Program-made: the position numbers and the translations under genes
NCBI GenBank assembly: GCA_944363705.1
Contig: CALVUY010000001.1
Coordinates: 1-59,914 of the forward strand
From: an uncultured Bacilli bacterium
GTDB taxonomy: Bacteria; Bacillota_I; Bacilli_A; RF39; UBA660
Length of the DNA: 59,914 nucleotides
Direction: 5' to 3'
The notes under the pieces: generated by a model
The model's input: only the letters and a program-made list of their open reading frames with translations
Database searches by the model: none
Told to the model about the DNA's origin: nothing
Shown: piece by piece, positions 26,892 to 37,397 of the stretch
How the letters are laid out: each line of letters opens with the position of its first letter
Position numbering within the stretch: the stretch's first letter is position 1

Positions 26892-27384
26892 AGCAGTGTT
26901 TTTAGATAGAGATGGTACTATTAATTATGACTTTGGATATGTTTATGAGAAAGATAAATTAAAGTTTTTGCCAGGTGTTATTTCATCATTAAAAAGATTA
27001 AGTGAAGCTGGTTATCTTTTAATTATTATTACTAACCAATCTGGTATTGGAAGAGGGTATTTTACATTAGATGAATATAATGAATTTAATAATTATATGC
27101 TAAAACAACTAAAAGATAAGGGAGTAAATATTACTAAAGTTTATTATTGTCCCCATACTGATTTAGATGGTTGTAATTGTAGAAAGCCTAAATTAGGTTT
27201 GTTTTATCAGGCAATAGATGAATATAATATAGATTTAGATAAGTCTTTTGCTATTGGTGATAATGAAAGAGATCTTGCTATTTGCATGAATTCGCCAATT
27301 TGTGGTATACTTCTAAATAAGGATAGTAAAAAGTTTGTTAGTAAAAAAGATTTTAAAGATGCAACGGACTTTATATTGTCTTGA
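26878..27384 (+). CDS. gmhB: D-glycero-D-manno-heptose 1,7-bisphosphate phosphatase
   Basis: 168 aa. HAD motifs FLDRDGT and ITNQSG, and the Zn-binding CPH...C.CRKP signature. Confidence 0.85.
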   Translation: MKKNKAVFLDRDGTINYDFGYVYEKDKLKFLPGVISSLKRLSEAGYLLIIITNQSGIGRGYFTLDEYNEFNNYMLKQLKDKGVNITKVYYCPHTDLDGCNCRKPKLGLFYQAIDEYNIDLDKSFAIGDNERDLAICMNSPICGILLNKDSKKFVSKKDFKDATDFILS

Positions 27385-27408
27385 AATTAAATTTTGGGGG
27401 GCAATATT

Positions 27409-28524
27409 ATGAAAATAAGAGAGTCAAATTATGAGTTACTTCGTATAATTTCTATGTTCTTTATTATAGTATGGCATGTTATTACCCATAGTGGACTTGA
27501 AGTTAATTCTATAGGTGCAACTAATTTCTTTATAAATTTATTGTTACTTTTATCAATTTTTCATGTTAGTGTATTTATGATTATAACAGGGTATTATCAA
27601 AGTAAGTCAAAGTTTAAATTAAGGAAGCTTTTATCTTTACTATTAGAGATTGGATTCTATAATTTTGTTATAAATACGTTTTTTTATATAACAGGAATAG
27701 TAGAATATACTAATATTGATTATTTAAAAAGCATATTGTTTTATAATTTTAGTGCTTTATGGTATATTCAGTGCTATATAATCGTTTATTTATTAAGTCC
27801 ATTTCTTAATAGGTTTATAGCAAATGTTGATAGAGTTACATTAAAAAAATTAATAATAGTTTTACTACTTTGTTTTTCAATTTTTCCATTTTTATCTAGT
27901 GGTTTAACATTTAATACCAATGGTTTTACAGTATATCAATATGTTACACTATATTTTGTTGGAGCTTACATTAGAAAATACAATTTGAATAGTGAATTTT
28001 TAAATCGGTTTAATAAAAGCCAAAAACAATTAATCTATCTTAGTATTTTTATAGTTTCTTGGTTATCTAATGTAATGTTATATTATTTTGCTAATTACTT
28101 AACTCAATTAGATAGTAATATTTTAAATTATATAGGTAATAGTTTAGTTGTATATAAATATTACTATAGTAATCCTTTAGTAATTATTCAATCTATAAGT
28201 TTATTTATGCTTTTTGGAACTTTTAAATTTACTAATAGATTTATTAATTATATTGCCTCTTTAGTATTGGGAGTTTATATTATTCATGAAACAGATGTTA
28301 TAAAAAATAATCTTTATAATTGGTTTAACTTAAGTGTAGATATAGAGTCTGGAAAAATTATTATTATTAAAATTATATTATTTACTATTATTATATTTGC
28401 CGTTTGTATATTGATAGAGATAGTTAGAAGATTGATTTTTAAACTTATTTATAAAATTAAAACAGTTAGGTCTATAGATGGAAAGCTTGTTAATTTTATA
28501 GATAATCTTATGAAGGTCAATTAG
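27409..28524 (+). CDS. acyltransferase family 3 membrane O-acyltransferase
   Basis: ATG 27409 (MKIRESNYELLRIISMFFIIVWHV) follows a G-rich RBS. The track ORF begins at TTG 27394. About 10 TM helices. Confidence 0.75.
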   Translation: MKIRESNYELLRIISMFFIIVWHVITHSGLEVNSIGATNFFINLLLLLSIFHVSVFMIITGYYQSKSKFKLRKLLSLLLEIGFYNFVINTFFYITGIVEYTNIDYLKSILFYNFSALWYIQCYIIVYLLSPFLNRFIANVDRVTLKKLIIVLLLCFSIFPFLSSGLTFNTNGFTVYQYVTLYFVGAYIRKYNLNSEFLNRFNKSQKQLIYLSIFIVSWLSNVMLYYFANYLTQLDSNILNYIGNSLVVYKYYYSNPLVIIQSISLFMLFGTFKFTNRFINYIASLVLGVYIIHETDVIKNNLYNWFNLSVDIESGKIIIIKIILFTIIIFAVCILIEIVRRLIFKLIYKIKTVRSIDGKLVNFIDNLMKVN

Positions 28525-28580
28525 AATTTTAAGAAAGGAAGTATATACTAGCTCTTTGAGTAGTGTAGAAAAGTGATATT

Positions 28581-29378
28581 ATGAAACATGTATTTGTGGT
28601 TTTGGCTTATAAAGAGTCAGATAAATTAGAGTCTTGTATTAAATCAGTTTTGAATCAGAGTATTAAGACAAATATTGTAATTGCTACTTCAACTCCTAAT
28701 GATTATATAAGTAACATGGCAAAAAAATATAAGTTAAAAGTTATTAAGAATAAAGAATCTAAAGGAATAGGGTATGATTTTGATTTTGCTTCTAATTGTG
28801 TTAAAGCAGATTTAGTTACTATTGCTCATCAAGATGATATTTATGAATATAATTATGCTGAATCAGTTATTAATGCTTATGATAAGTGTAAAGATTCTAT
28901 TATAATATTTACTGATTATTTTGAAGTAAAGAATGAAGTTAAGGAAATGACTAATTTAAATATTAAAATTAAGAGAATCTTGTTATTTCCTTTACGATTT
29001 AAAGCTTTAAATAAATATAAATTCTTTAAACGAGGAGCGTTGAGATTTGGATGTGCGATATGTTGTCCTGCAGTTACGTTTGTTACTAAAAATGTTCCTA
29101 AAGAGAAGTTTAAAAGTGATATGAAAGCTGATATAGATTGGCTTGCTTGGGAGAAATTATCAAAACTTAAAGGTAGATTTATTTATATACCTAAAAAGTA
29201 TATGGGGCATAGAATACATGAAGAGTCTACTACTACTGAAATAATAAAAGAGAATACTAGAACTAAAGAAGATTTGGAAATGCTAAAAAAGTTTTGGCCA
29301 GAGCCTATTGCAAAGTTTATAAATAAGTTTTATGTAAAAGCTGAAATTAATAATAATGTAAAAGAGGATAGTAAGTGA
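28581..29378 (+). CDS. GT2 glycosyltransferase
   Basis: 265 aa. VFVVLAYKES...SVLNQS N-terminus and an HQDD motif. Coupled to a GtrA-family gene. Confidence 0.65.
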   Translation: MKHVFVVLAYKESDKLESCIKSVLNQSIKTNIVIATSTPNDYISNMAKKYKLKVIKNKESKGIGYDFDFASNCVKADLVTIAHQDDIYEYNYAESVINAYDKCKDSIIIFTDYFEVKNEVKEMTNLNIKIKRILLFPLRFKALNKYKFFKRGALRFGCAICCPAVTFVTKNVPKEKFKSDMKADIDWLAWEKLSKLKGRFIYIPKKYMGHRIHEESTTTEIIKENTRTKEDLEMLKKFWPEPIAKFINKFYVKAEINNNVKEDSK

Positions 29379-29818
29379 TTATGGATAAATTTGTTAGGAG
29401 CATGTTAAAAATATTTCATATAGAACTATCAAAAAAACATGAAGATTTGTTTATTCAAATTTTTAAATTTGCTATCGTTGGTGGAATAGCGACAGTTATT
29501 GATTTTGTTTTTCTTTATATATTTAGAGAATTTTGTCATTTTCCAATACTTGTTTCTAATACTTTGTCATTTTGTATTTCTGTTATATATAACTATATTG
29601 CAAGTGTTAAATGGGTATTTGATGTTAATAAAGAAAAAGATGCTAAAAAACAATTTATCATTTTTATTGTATTTAGTGTAATTGGGCTTTTATTAAATGA
29701 TTTAATTATGTGGATTAGTGTAGACTTCTTAAGTATATATTATCTACTTGCTAAAATAATCGCTACATCTATAGTTATGATATTTAATTTTGTGACTAGG
29801 AAAATGTTTTTGGAATAG
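29375..29818 (+). CDS. GtrA-family membrane protein (lipid-linked sugar translocation)
   Basis: 147 aa with 4 TM helices. FKFAIVGGIATVIDF ... NFVTRKMFLE is typical of GtrA. Start is GTG 29375 (overlapping the upstream TGA) or ATG 29381. Confidence 0.75.
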   Translation: MIMDKFVRSMLKIFHIELSKKHEDLFIQIFKFAIVGGIATVIDFVFLYIFREFCHFPILVSNTLSFCISVIYNYIASVKWVFDVNKEKDAKKQFIIFIVFSVIGLLLNDLIMWISVDFLSIYYLLAKIIATSIVMIFNFVTRKMFLE

Positions 29819-29831
29819 TATAATTGCTATA

Positions 29832-29865
29832 ATAACTTGTGAAAGTTTAGACAAGTTATTTTTTA
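29832..29865 (+). terminator. rho-independent terminator (ATAACTTGT / ACAAGTTAT + T6)
   Basis: 9-bp perfect stem, 10-nt loop, T-run. The arms share AACTTG/CAAGTT with hairpin copies A-D. Confidence 0.7.
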
Positions 29866-29927
29866 ATTTATAAAAATGTGTTAGAATATAATTGTTTGTA
29901 TAGTATTTATTGAGGAAGGATTTGTTT

Positions 29928-30911
29928 ATGGAAAAAATATTAGTTACTGGTGGAGCCGGTTTTATTGGTTTTCATTTAACTAAACGATTATTAGATTTAA
30001 ATTATGAAGTTATGGCAATTGATAATCTTAATGATTATTATGATGTTAAATTAAAAGAGGAACGTCTTAGGATATTAGAGAAAAACAGTAGTTTTTCTTT
30101 CAGAAAGATAGATATATCTAATAAAGAGGAATTAGAAAATATTTTTAAGGAAAACAACTTTGATATAGTAATTAATTTGGCTGCTCAAGCCGGTGTTAGA
30201 TATAGTATAGATCATCCGGATTCTTATATTGTCTCTAATATTATAGGTTTTTATAATATATTAGAGTGTTGCAGAAATTATCCTGTTAAGCATTTATTGT
30301 TTGCATCATCTAGTTCTGTTTATGGTAAAAATAAGAAAGTACCATATTCTACTGATGATAAAGTAGATCAACCAGTTAGTTTATATGCAGCGACTAAGAA
30401 AAGTGATGAGTTATTAGCTTATGCTTATAGTAATTTATACGATATAAAAGTAACCGGCTTAAGATTTTTTACAGTTTATGGTCCTTATGGTAGACCTGAT
30501 ATGGCTTATTTTTCTTTTACTAAAAATATTATAGATGATAAAGAGATAAAAGTATTTAATAATGGTGATATGTATCGTGATTTTACTTATATTGATGATA
30601 TTGTAGAAGGAATAATTGAACTATTAGATAAAGTCCCTTTAAAAGATGAAAATGGTGTTTCTTATAAAATATATAATATAGGTAATAATCATCCTGTTAA
30701 AATTAGTAAGTTTATTGAAATATTAGAAAAAGAAATAGGTAAAGAAGCTAAGAAGGTTTATTTACCTATGCAACCTGGTGATGTTTATCAAACCTATGCG
30801 AATATTACAGATTTAACTAAAGAAACAGGATTTGTTCCTAAGACATCTTTAGAAGAAGGGTTAAATAAATTTGTTAATTGGTATAAAGAGTTTTATGGTG
30901 GTGATAGATAA
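29928..30911 (+). CDS. NAD-dependent epimerase, UDP-glucuronate 4-epimerase-like
   Basis: ATG 29928 (MEKILVTGGAGFIGFHL) follows GAGGAAGGA. The track ORF starts at TTG 29910. Has DNLNDYYDVKLKEERL and YAATKKS motifs of the Cap1J/GlaE-type group. Adjacent to ugd. Confidence 0.7.
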   Translation: MEKILVTGGAGFIGFHLTKRLLDLNYEVMAIDNLNDYYDVKLKEERLRILEKNSSFSFRKIDISNKEELENIFKENNFDIVINLAAQAGVRYSIDHPDSYIVSNIIGFYNILECCRNYPVKHLLFASSSSVYGKNKKVPYSTDDKVDQPVSLYAATKKSDELLAYAYSNLYDIKVTGLRFFTVYGPYGRPDMAYFSFTKNIIDDKEIKVFNNGDMYRDFTYIDDIVEGIIELLDKVPLKDENGVSYKIYNIGNNHPVKISKFIEILEKEIGKEAKKVYLPMQPGDVYQTYANITDLTKETGFVPKTSLEEGLNKFVNWYKEFYGGDR

Positions 30912-32206
30912 TGAAAGTAGTAGTAGCAGGAACTGGTTATGTAGGATTAATTACAGGTGTTGTTTTAGCATATACAGGTAACAAAGTAACTTGTATTGAT
31001 GTTGATAGTAATAAAATAAATTTACTAAATAGTGGTAAAAGCCCAATATATGAAAAAGATTTAGATAAATATTTATCTTTATCTAAAGATAATTTAAATT
31101 TTACAACAGATAATAATTGTTATGCTGATAGTGATGTTATTATAATAGGAGTTGGTACTCCTGAGAGAAAAGATGGTAGTGCTAATTTAGATTATGTATA
31201 TAATGTTTGTGATAATATTATTAAATATATTACTAAAGATGTAGTAGTAGTTATTAAGTCTACTGTTCCTATTGGTACAAATGATGATATCGAAAAATAC
31301 TTTTCTACAAAAAAATCTGATATTAAAATAACAGTTGCTAGTAATCCAGAGTTTTTAGCACAAGGTACGGCAATACATGATACTTTATATGCTAGTAGAA
31401 TTGTTGTGGGTGCAGAAGATGAAAAGACTTTTAGTATTATGAGAGAGTTATATGAACCATTAACTAAAGAACCTTATAATGTTCCTTATCTTGAAATGGA
31501 TAGAAGAAGTGCTGAGATGGTTAAATATGCATCAAATGACTTTTTAGCTTTAAAGATATCATATATCAATGAGATAGCTAACTTATGTGGTAAAGTAGGT
31601 GCTAATATCGATGATGTTACTAAAGGTATGAGTTATGATAAAAGAATAGGTTCATTATTTTTAAAACCAGGAATAGGTTATGGTGGTAGTTGTTTTCCAA
31701 AAGATACTAAAGCTTTACACTGGCTTAGTAAAATAAATGATTGTGAATTAAAACTTGTAAAAGATTGTATTGAAATTAATAAGAAACAAAAGTTAGTACT
31801 TTTTGATAAATTAAGAGAAGATTTTGAATCATTAAAAAATTTAAAAGTAACTATACTAGGCTTATCTTTTAAACCTATGACAGATGATCTAAGAGAAGCA
31901 CCTTCTCTTGTGAATATAGATATGTTATTAGATTATGATGCAATTATTACAGTATATGATCCTATTGCAATATCTAAAGTAAAAGCTATTTATGGTGATA
32001 AGTTAAATTATGCTAAGACAATTGATGATGCGATTAAAGATAGTGATGCAGTTTTAATAATGACAGAGTGGAAAGAAATAAAAGATTATAATGTAGACAA
32101 CTATTTAAAATACATGAGACATGCCAATGTTTATGATGGTAGAAACTGTTATGATTCAAAAGTTATGAAAGAAAAGAAAATTAATTATTATTCAATAGGG
32201 AGATAA
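30911..32206 (+). CDS. ugd: UDP-glucose 6-dehydrogenase
   Basis: 431 aa. GTGYVGL N-terminus and catalytic GYGGSCFPKD motif. Confidence 0.88.
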   Translation: MKVVVAGTGYVGLITGVVLAYTGNKVTCIDVDSNKINLLNSGKSPIYEKDLDKYLSLSKDNLNFTTDNNCYADSDVIIIGVGTPERKDGSANLDYVYNVCDNIIKYITKDVVVVIKSTVPIGTNDDIEKYFSTKKSDIKITVASNPEFLAQGTAIHDTLYASRIVVGAEDEKTFSIMRELYEPLTKEPYNVPYLEMDRRSAEMVKYASNDFLALKISYINEIANLCGKVGANIDDVTKGMSYDKRIGSLFLKPGIGYGGSCFPKDTKALHWLSKINDCELKLVKDCIEINKKQKLVLFDKLREDFESLKNLKVTILGLSFKPMTDDLREAPSLVNIDMLLDYDAIITVYDPIAISKVKAIYGDKLNYAKTIDDAIKDSDAVLIMTEWKEIKDYNVDNYLKYMRHANVYDGRNCYDSKVMKEKKINYYSIGR

Positions 32207-32207
32207 A

Positions 32208-33359
32208 ATGGAGAAGATTTGTGTATATACCTGTATTACTGGAAATTATGATGATTTAAAAGAAGTAAGAATAAATGAAGGAATAGATTATATATGTTTT
32301 ACTAATAATAAAAAAATTAAATCTGAAACTTGGAAAATAATTTACATTGAAGATAAAAAATTAGATAATCATTATTTATCAAGAAAGATTAAAATGTTAG
32401 GTGATTCTTATTTAGATAAGAACTATACATTAAGTATTTATGTAGATGCTTCAATTATATTTAAAAAAAGTGTAAAAGAATTTTTATCCAATTATTTTGA
32501 TTTAGAAAAAGACTTACTAGCTGCCTGTAAACATAGTGTTAGAAATTCTATAAATGAAGAAGCTATAGCTTGCATTGAGCAAAAAAAAGATAATGAAAAA
32601 ACTATTAGAAGACAACTAAGCTTTTATCAAGAAGAAAATTTTGCTGATAATTTAGGATTGTTAGAAATGACTTTAATTATTAAAAGACATAATAATCCTT
32701 TAGTTAGAAAAACAATGAAATTATGGTTTGAAATGATTTTAAAATACAGTAAAAGAGATCAACTAAGTTTCATGTATTGTCTTTTTAAAACAAAATTGCC
32801 ATTTAGAGTTATACCTTTAAATGTTTGGAGTAATGAATATATAGAATTTACTCCACATAAGAAAAATAATTTTGATTATACATACAAGATATACTATGAT
32901 TTTGGAGATGGTTTTAATGAAAATGATAGTGATAATTTTGTATATATAACTAAAGAAAATAAATTTTTATTAAGTTTCATATTAAAAAAAGATGTAAACA
33001 GGTTAAGAATAGATTTAACAGATATTAGTGGTGTTTCTTTTGAAATAATAGGTATAGAGGGTATTTCAAAGGAAGAACTAATATGGGAAGACTTTATATT
33101 TTATAATAACAAATATATTTCAAATAGCGCTGATCCAAAAATTATTATAAATAAGAATATTAAGGCAAACAATAAAATAATTATGACGATGAATATTAAA
33201 GAACTGGAGAAAAAAGATTTTTTAAATATTATAAACTATGCTATAAAAGAAGAAGAAGAAAAGAAACAATTACAGCAAGAATTAGAAAAAATCTTAAATA
33301 GTACTTCGTGGAAAGTTACTAAACCATTAAGATATTTAAGTTCAAAATTAAGAAAATGA
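32208..33359 (+). CDS. DUF616 (TOD1/MUCI70-type) glycosyltransferase-like protein, full length
   Basis: 383 aa. ICVYTCITGNYDDLKEV...IDYICFTNN, with a C-terminal coiled-coil and STSWKVTKPLR motif. Confidence 0.75.
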   Translation: MEKICVYTCITGNYDDLKEVRINEGIDYICFTNNKKIKSETWKIIYIEDKKLDNHYLSRKIKMLGDSYLDKNYTLSIYVDASIIFKKSVKEFLSNYFDLEKDLLAACKHSVRNSINEEAIACIEQKKDNEKTIRRQLSFYQEENFADNLGLLEMTLIIKRHNNPLVRKTMKLWFEMILKYSKRDQLSFMYCLFKTKLPFRVIPLNVWSNEYIEFTPHKKNNFDYTYKIYYDFGDGFNENDSDNFVYITKENKFLLSFILKKDVNRLRIDLTDISGVSFEIIGIEGISKEELIWEDFIFYNNKYISNSADPKIIINKNIKANNKIIMTMNIKELEKKDFLNIINYAIKEEEEKKQLQQELEKILNSTSWKVTKPLRYLSSKLRK

Positions 33360-33377
33360 TTTAGAGTAGGTGATTAT

Positions 33378-34313
33378 ATGGATAAAATATCAATAATTGT
33401 TCCTTGTTATAATGAAGAGGCTGCTATTCCTCTTTTTTATAGAGAAATTAGTAAAATTATTAATAAAATGAATCAAGTAAAATTTGAGTTGGTATTTATT
33501 AATGATGGATCTATTGATAATACTTTGAAAGAAATAAAAGTTCTTGCTAAGTCTAAAAAGGAAGTTAAATATATTTCTTTTTCTCGTAACTTTGGTAAAG
33601 AAGCAGCGATGATGGCAGGACTTGATTATGTTACAGGAGACTTTGTCGCTATTATGGATGTAGATTTACAAGATCCACCTGAAAAGTTAGAAGAGATGTA
33701 TAGAATTATTAAAAACAATGATGAAATAGATTGTGTAGGACTTAAGACAAATAGTCATGATGATTATGGCTTTATTAGAAAGTTTTTTACTAATCTTTTT
33801 TATAAAATAATTAGTAAGATGTCTAAGACAGAAATGGTTCCTGGGGCAAGGGATTTTAGATTAATGACAAGGCAGATGGTTGATGCTATTAAATCTTTAA
33901 GAGAATATAATCGCTATTCTAAAGGATTATTTAGTTTTGTTGGTTTTAATACTAAATGGTTAACTTATAAAATACCAGAACGTAAAGCAGGGGAAACTAC
34001 TTGGAATTTCTTTAAGCTTTTTGCTTATGCTATAGATGGTATTCTTGCTTTTACAACTACACCTTTAACAATTGCTGCTTTCGTTGGTGTTATATTCTGT
34101 TTATTCTCAGTAATTGCCATTATCATCATCATTATTAAAACTCTTATCTTTGGAGATCCAGTAGATGGTTGGCCATCATTAGTATGTATTATGTTTTTCT
34201 TAAGTGGTATCCAACTATTTTGTACAGGAATAATGGGAGCCTACTTATCTAAAACATATACAGAAGTAAAAAAACGTCCTATTTATATAATTAAAGAAAC
34301 TAATTATAAGTAA
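33378..34313 (+). CDS. GT2 undecaprenyl-phosphate glycosyltransferase (GtrB/CsbB/ArnC-like)
   Basis: 311 aa. IIVPCYNEE, FSRNFGKEAAMMAGLD, DVDLQDPPE, and two C-terminal TM helices. Confidence 0.8.
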   Translation: MDKISIIVPCYNEEAAIPLFYREISKIINKMNQVKFELVFINDGSIDNTLKEIKVLAKSKKEVKYISFSRNFGKEAAMMAGLDYVTGDFVAIMDVDLQDPPEKLEEMYRIIKNNDEIDCVGLKTNSHDDYGFIRKFFTNLFYKIISKMSKTEMVPGARDFRLMTRQMVDAIKSLREYNRYSKGLFSFVGFNTKWLTYKIPERKAGETTWNFFKLFAYAIDGILAFTTTPLTIAAFVGVIFCLFSVIAIIIIIIKTLIFGDPVDGWPSLVCIMFFLSGIQLFCTGIMGAYLSKTYTEVKKRPIYIIKETNYK

Positions 34314-34316
34314 AAT

Positions 34317-34341
34317 TGTCAAATTCTTGGCATTTTTTTTT
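34317..34341 (+). terminator. rho-independent terminator (TGTCAA attc TTGGCA + T9)
   Basis: 6-bp stem (one G-U), 4-nt loop, T9 run. Uses the same arm words as hairpins A-D but in swapped order. Confidence 0.75.
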
Positions 34342-34401
34342 AATTCCTTTTTTCTTAGGTCATTATATGATATTATAAATGTAGTTAGAAAGGTTTAGGC
34401 T

Positions 34402-35658
34402 ATGAAGAAAAATATTATAAAATTAATAGAATTATTCTTAATACTAAGTCCACTTTTGGATATGTTAACAGCATGCATGATACAAGCTTTAAATATTAAT
34501 TTTACTATTGGAATGGTGGTTAGATTTATAATTATTTTAATATGTGCTTTTTATCTTGTATTCATATATAAAGGTAAAGATAAGAAGTATTTATTATTAA
34601 TATTAGGAAGTATTTTTATATATCTTCTTATTTTTGGAATATTAACTATTGTTAATAAAGATATATCTGTTTTATTATATGAAGGTCAAAATGCCTTAAA
34701 GACCTTTTATTTACCAATTTTATTACTTAGTTTTTATGCTATTGTAAAAGAAAATAAAACCTTTATTACTAATAAGACTATAGTTACTGTTTATATCATT
34801 TATCTTTTAGGTATCTTTATTCCAGATATTTTAGGGATAGGTTTTGATAGTTATGCAATTAGTAAAGAAGGAAGTATTGGTTTTTTTAACACAGCTAATG
34901 AGATTAGTGCCATTATTTCAATTTTAATGCCTTTCTTTTTACTTTATCTTTATGAGAAAAAGAACTTTATTTTAACCGTATTATTGATAGGTATCTTAGT
35001 CTTTGATATCTTAAGTATAGGTACAAAAGGACCATTACTTGCTTTTGTTCTTATACTAGGAGTTATTCTATTTATTTATATAATCTATTTAGCAAAAGAA
35101 AAGTTATATAAAATACTTTCTGTTCTTGTAATAACATTATTTATATTCATTTTATTTATAAGTTTTTATTTACCTAGAACTGCTTTCTATAAAAACATAG
35201 AAATACATTTAGACTTTTTAGGTGTTGATAATGTTATGGAAGTATTTACTGATTATGAGTTATTTGATCATTTTGTCTTTAGCTCTAGGCTTAAATTCTT
35301 GGGTAATATCTTTAATAGTTATAAAGATTCTAGTACTTTAGAGAAGATATTTGGTATTGGTTATATTGAAAATTATGGTACAGATGATGATAGTACTAAG
35401 ATGATTGAGATGGATTATTTTGATATTTTATTTAGACATGGTGTAGTTGGTTTTATTATTTATATGGGAGTATTTATCTATTTCCTTTATAAAGCATTTA
35501 AATTTACTTATGGTATAAAAGATAATTCTTATAAGATATGTAATTATTTATCACTTACATTAATTATATTATTATCACTAATTACAGGTCATGTCTTACT
35601 AGCACCGTCTGTTAGTATCTTTGTCGCACTTATTTTAACTAAAAGGGAAGTGGTATAA
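34402..35658 (+). CDS. O-antigen ligase/polymerase-like (Wzy_C-type) polytopic membrane protein
   Basis: 418 aa with about 11 TM helices and one larger loop. No soluble domains. The call comes from topology and context. Confidence 0.5.
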   Translation: MKKNIIKLIELFLILSPLLDMLTACMIQALNINFTIGMVVRFIIILICAFYLVFIYKGKDKKYLLLILGSIFIYLLIFGILTIVNKDISVLLYEGQNALKTFYLPILLLSFYAIVKENKTFITNKTIVTVYIIYLLGIFIPDILGIGFDSYAISKEGSIGFFNTANEISAIISILMPFFLLYLYEKKNFILTVLLIGILVFDILSIGTKGPLLAFVLILGVILFIYIIYLAKEKLYKILSVLVITLFIFILFISFYLPRTAFYKNIEIHLDFLGVDNVMEVFTDYELFDHFVFSSRLKFLGNIFNSYKDSSTLEKIFGIGYIENYGTDDDSTKMIEMDYFDILFRHGVVGFIIYMGVFIYFLYKAFKFTYGIKDNSYKICNYLSLTLIILLSLITGHVLLAPSVSIFVALILTKREVV

Positions 35659-36524
35659 TGAGAAAATTAGTTTTTATTATTATTAACTATAATGATTATA
35701 AGACTACTAAAAGATTACTTGATAATATTAAAGATTATAAAGTAATAGATAAGATTTATGTAGTTGATAATCATTCAACAGATGATTCTTATGAAAATTT
35801 GAAAAAATTAAAGATTAAGAGATATGAAGTAATAGAAACACCTAGTAATAGAGGTTTTGCCTATGCTTTAAATATTGGTGCAAAAAAAGCGATAGATGAC
35901 CTTGGTAATGTCGATATTATATTTTCTAACTCTGATATTATTATTAATAGTAATGAAGATTTAGAAGATTTAAAGAAGACTTTAGATAAAAGAATAGTAG
36001 GTCTTGTAGGTCCTGTTGTAGTTCAAAATGGAAAACTAAATAGAGGATGGCATTTACCTAGTCCAAAGAATGAGATACTTAGCAATTTACCGGGAATAGG
36101 GAAGAGGTTTAATAAAAAAATCTATTATGATGATTCCTATTATAAAGGTGATAGTAGTGAAGTAGAAGTTATATCATTTTGTTTTTTCTTAATTAAAAGT
36201 GAAGTCTTAAAAGAAATTAATTATTTTGATGATAATACATTTCTATACTATGAAGAAAATATTACAGCATCTAAGTTAAAAAGAACTCAGTATAAAACAT
36301 TAATTAATAATAATGTAACTATTATTCATGATCATTCTGTTAGTGTTGATAAGAATATTAGTTATATTAATAAATATAAAATATTAAAACAAAGTCAAAT
36401 GTATTTTGAAACTAATTATAATAATGCTAATAGTATAGAAAAAATTTTATTAAAAGTGACAATTAGATTAACACTTTTGACATTATATGTTAGAATATTT
36501 TTAAGAGGAGGTTTAAAGAAATGA
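35658..36524 (+). CDS. GT2 glycosyltransferase
   Basis: 288 aa. VFIIINYND...[10 protein letters not shown]...NSD motifs. Confidence 0.7.
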   Translation: MRKLVFIIINYNDYKTTKRLLDNIKDYKVIDKIYVVDNHSTDDSYENLKKLKIKRYEVIETPSNRGFAYALNIGAKKAIDDLGNVDIIFSNSDIIINSNEDLEDLKKTLDKRIVGLVGPVVVQNGKLNRGWHLPSPKNEILSNLPGIGKRFNKKIYYDDSYYKGDSSEVEVISFCFFLIKSEVLKEINYFDDNTFLYYEENITASKLKRTQYKTLINNNVTIIHDHSVSVDKNISYINKYKILKQSQMYFETNYNNANSIEKILLKVTIRLTLLTLYVRIFLRGGLKK

Positions 36525-37396
36525 AAGGAATTATTTTAGCAGGAGGTAGTGGAACTAGACTATATCCATTGACAGAAGTTACAAGTAAGCAGTTGATGCC
36601 TATTTATGATAAACCAATGATTTATTATCCTTTGTCAGTATTAATGCAAGCAGAGATTAAAGATATTTTAATAATATCAACTCCTAAAGATTTACCTAGA
36701 TTTATGGAATTATTAGGTGATGGTTCTAAGTTTGGAGTTAATTTTTCTTATAAAGAACAACCTAGTCCGGATGGTCTTGCTCAAGCTTTTATTTTAGGAA
36801 AAGAATTTATTGGTAATGATACTTGTTGTATGGTATTAGGAGATAATATTTTCTATGGTCCTAATATAAGAGGTGAATTATTAAAAGCTAAAGAAGATGC
36901 TAGTAAAGGTAAAGCTACTGTTTTTGGTTATCATGTTCATGATCCTGAACGTTTTGGGGTAGTTGAATTTGATAAAAATGGTAAGGTATTAAGCGTAGAA
37001 GAAAAACCAGATAATCCTAAGAGTAATTATGCAATTACAGGACTTTATTTCTACGATAATTCTGTAGTTGATAAAGCTTCAAAATTAAAGCCATCTAAAA
37101 GAGGAGAGTTAGAAATAACTGATTTAAATAAAGTATATTTAAAAGATGCTAAATTAAATGTTATTACTTTAAATGAAGGTTATGGATGGTTTGATACAGG
37201 AACATTTAAAAGTTTATTTGATGCTACTAATTTTGTTGCCACTATTCAGGAACATCAAAATATTACTATATGCTGTCCAGAAGAAATAGCTTATAAAAAT
37301 GGATGGTTAAGTAAAGAAAAAGTACTAGAAGCTGCTAAATTAATGAAAAAGAATACTTATGGGAAACATTTAATGGAAATTGTGGAGGAGAGATAA
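36521..37396 (+). CDS. rfbA: glucose-1-phosphate thymidylyltransferase
   Basis: 291 aa. [18 protein letters not shown]...[17 protein letters not shown] is canonical RmlA. Confidence 0.92.
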   Translation: MKGIILAGGSGTRLYPLTEVTSKQLMPIYDKPMIYYPLSVLMQAEIKDILIISTPKDLPRFMELLGDGSKFGVNFSYKEQPSPDGLAQAFILGKEFIGNDTCCMVLGDNIFYGPNIRGELLKAKEDASKGKATVFGYHVHDPERFGVVEFDKNGKVLSVEEKPDNPKSNYAITGLYFYDNSVVDKASKLKPSKRGELEITDLNKVYLKDAKLNVITLNEGYGWFDTGTFKSLFDATNFVATIQEHQNITICCPEEIAYKNGWLSKEKVLEAAKLMKKNTYGKHLMEIVEER

Positions 37397-37397
37397 T

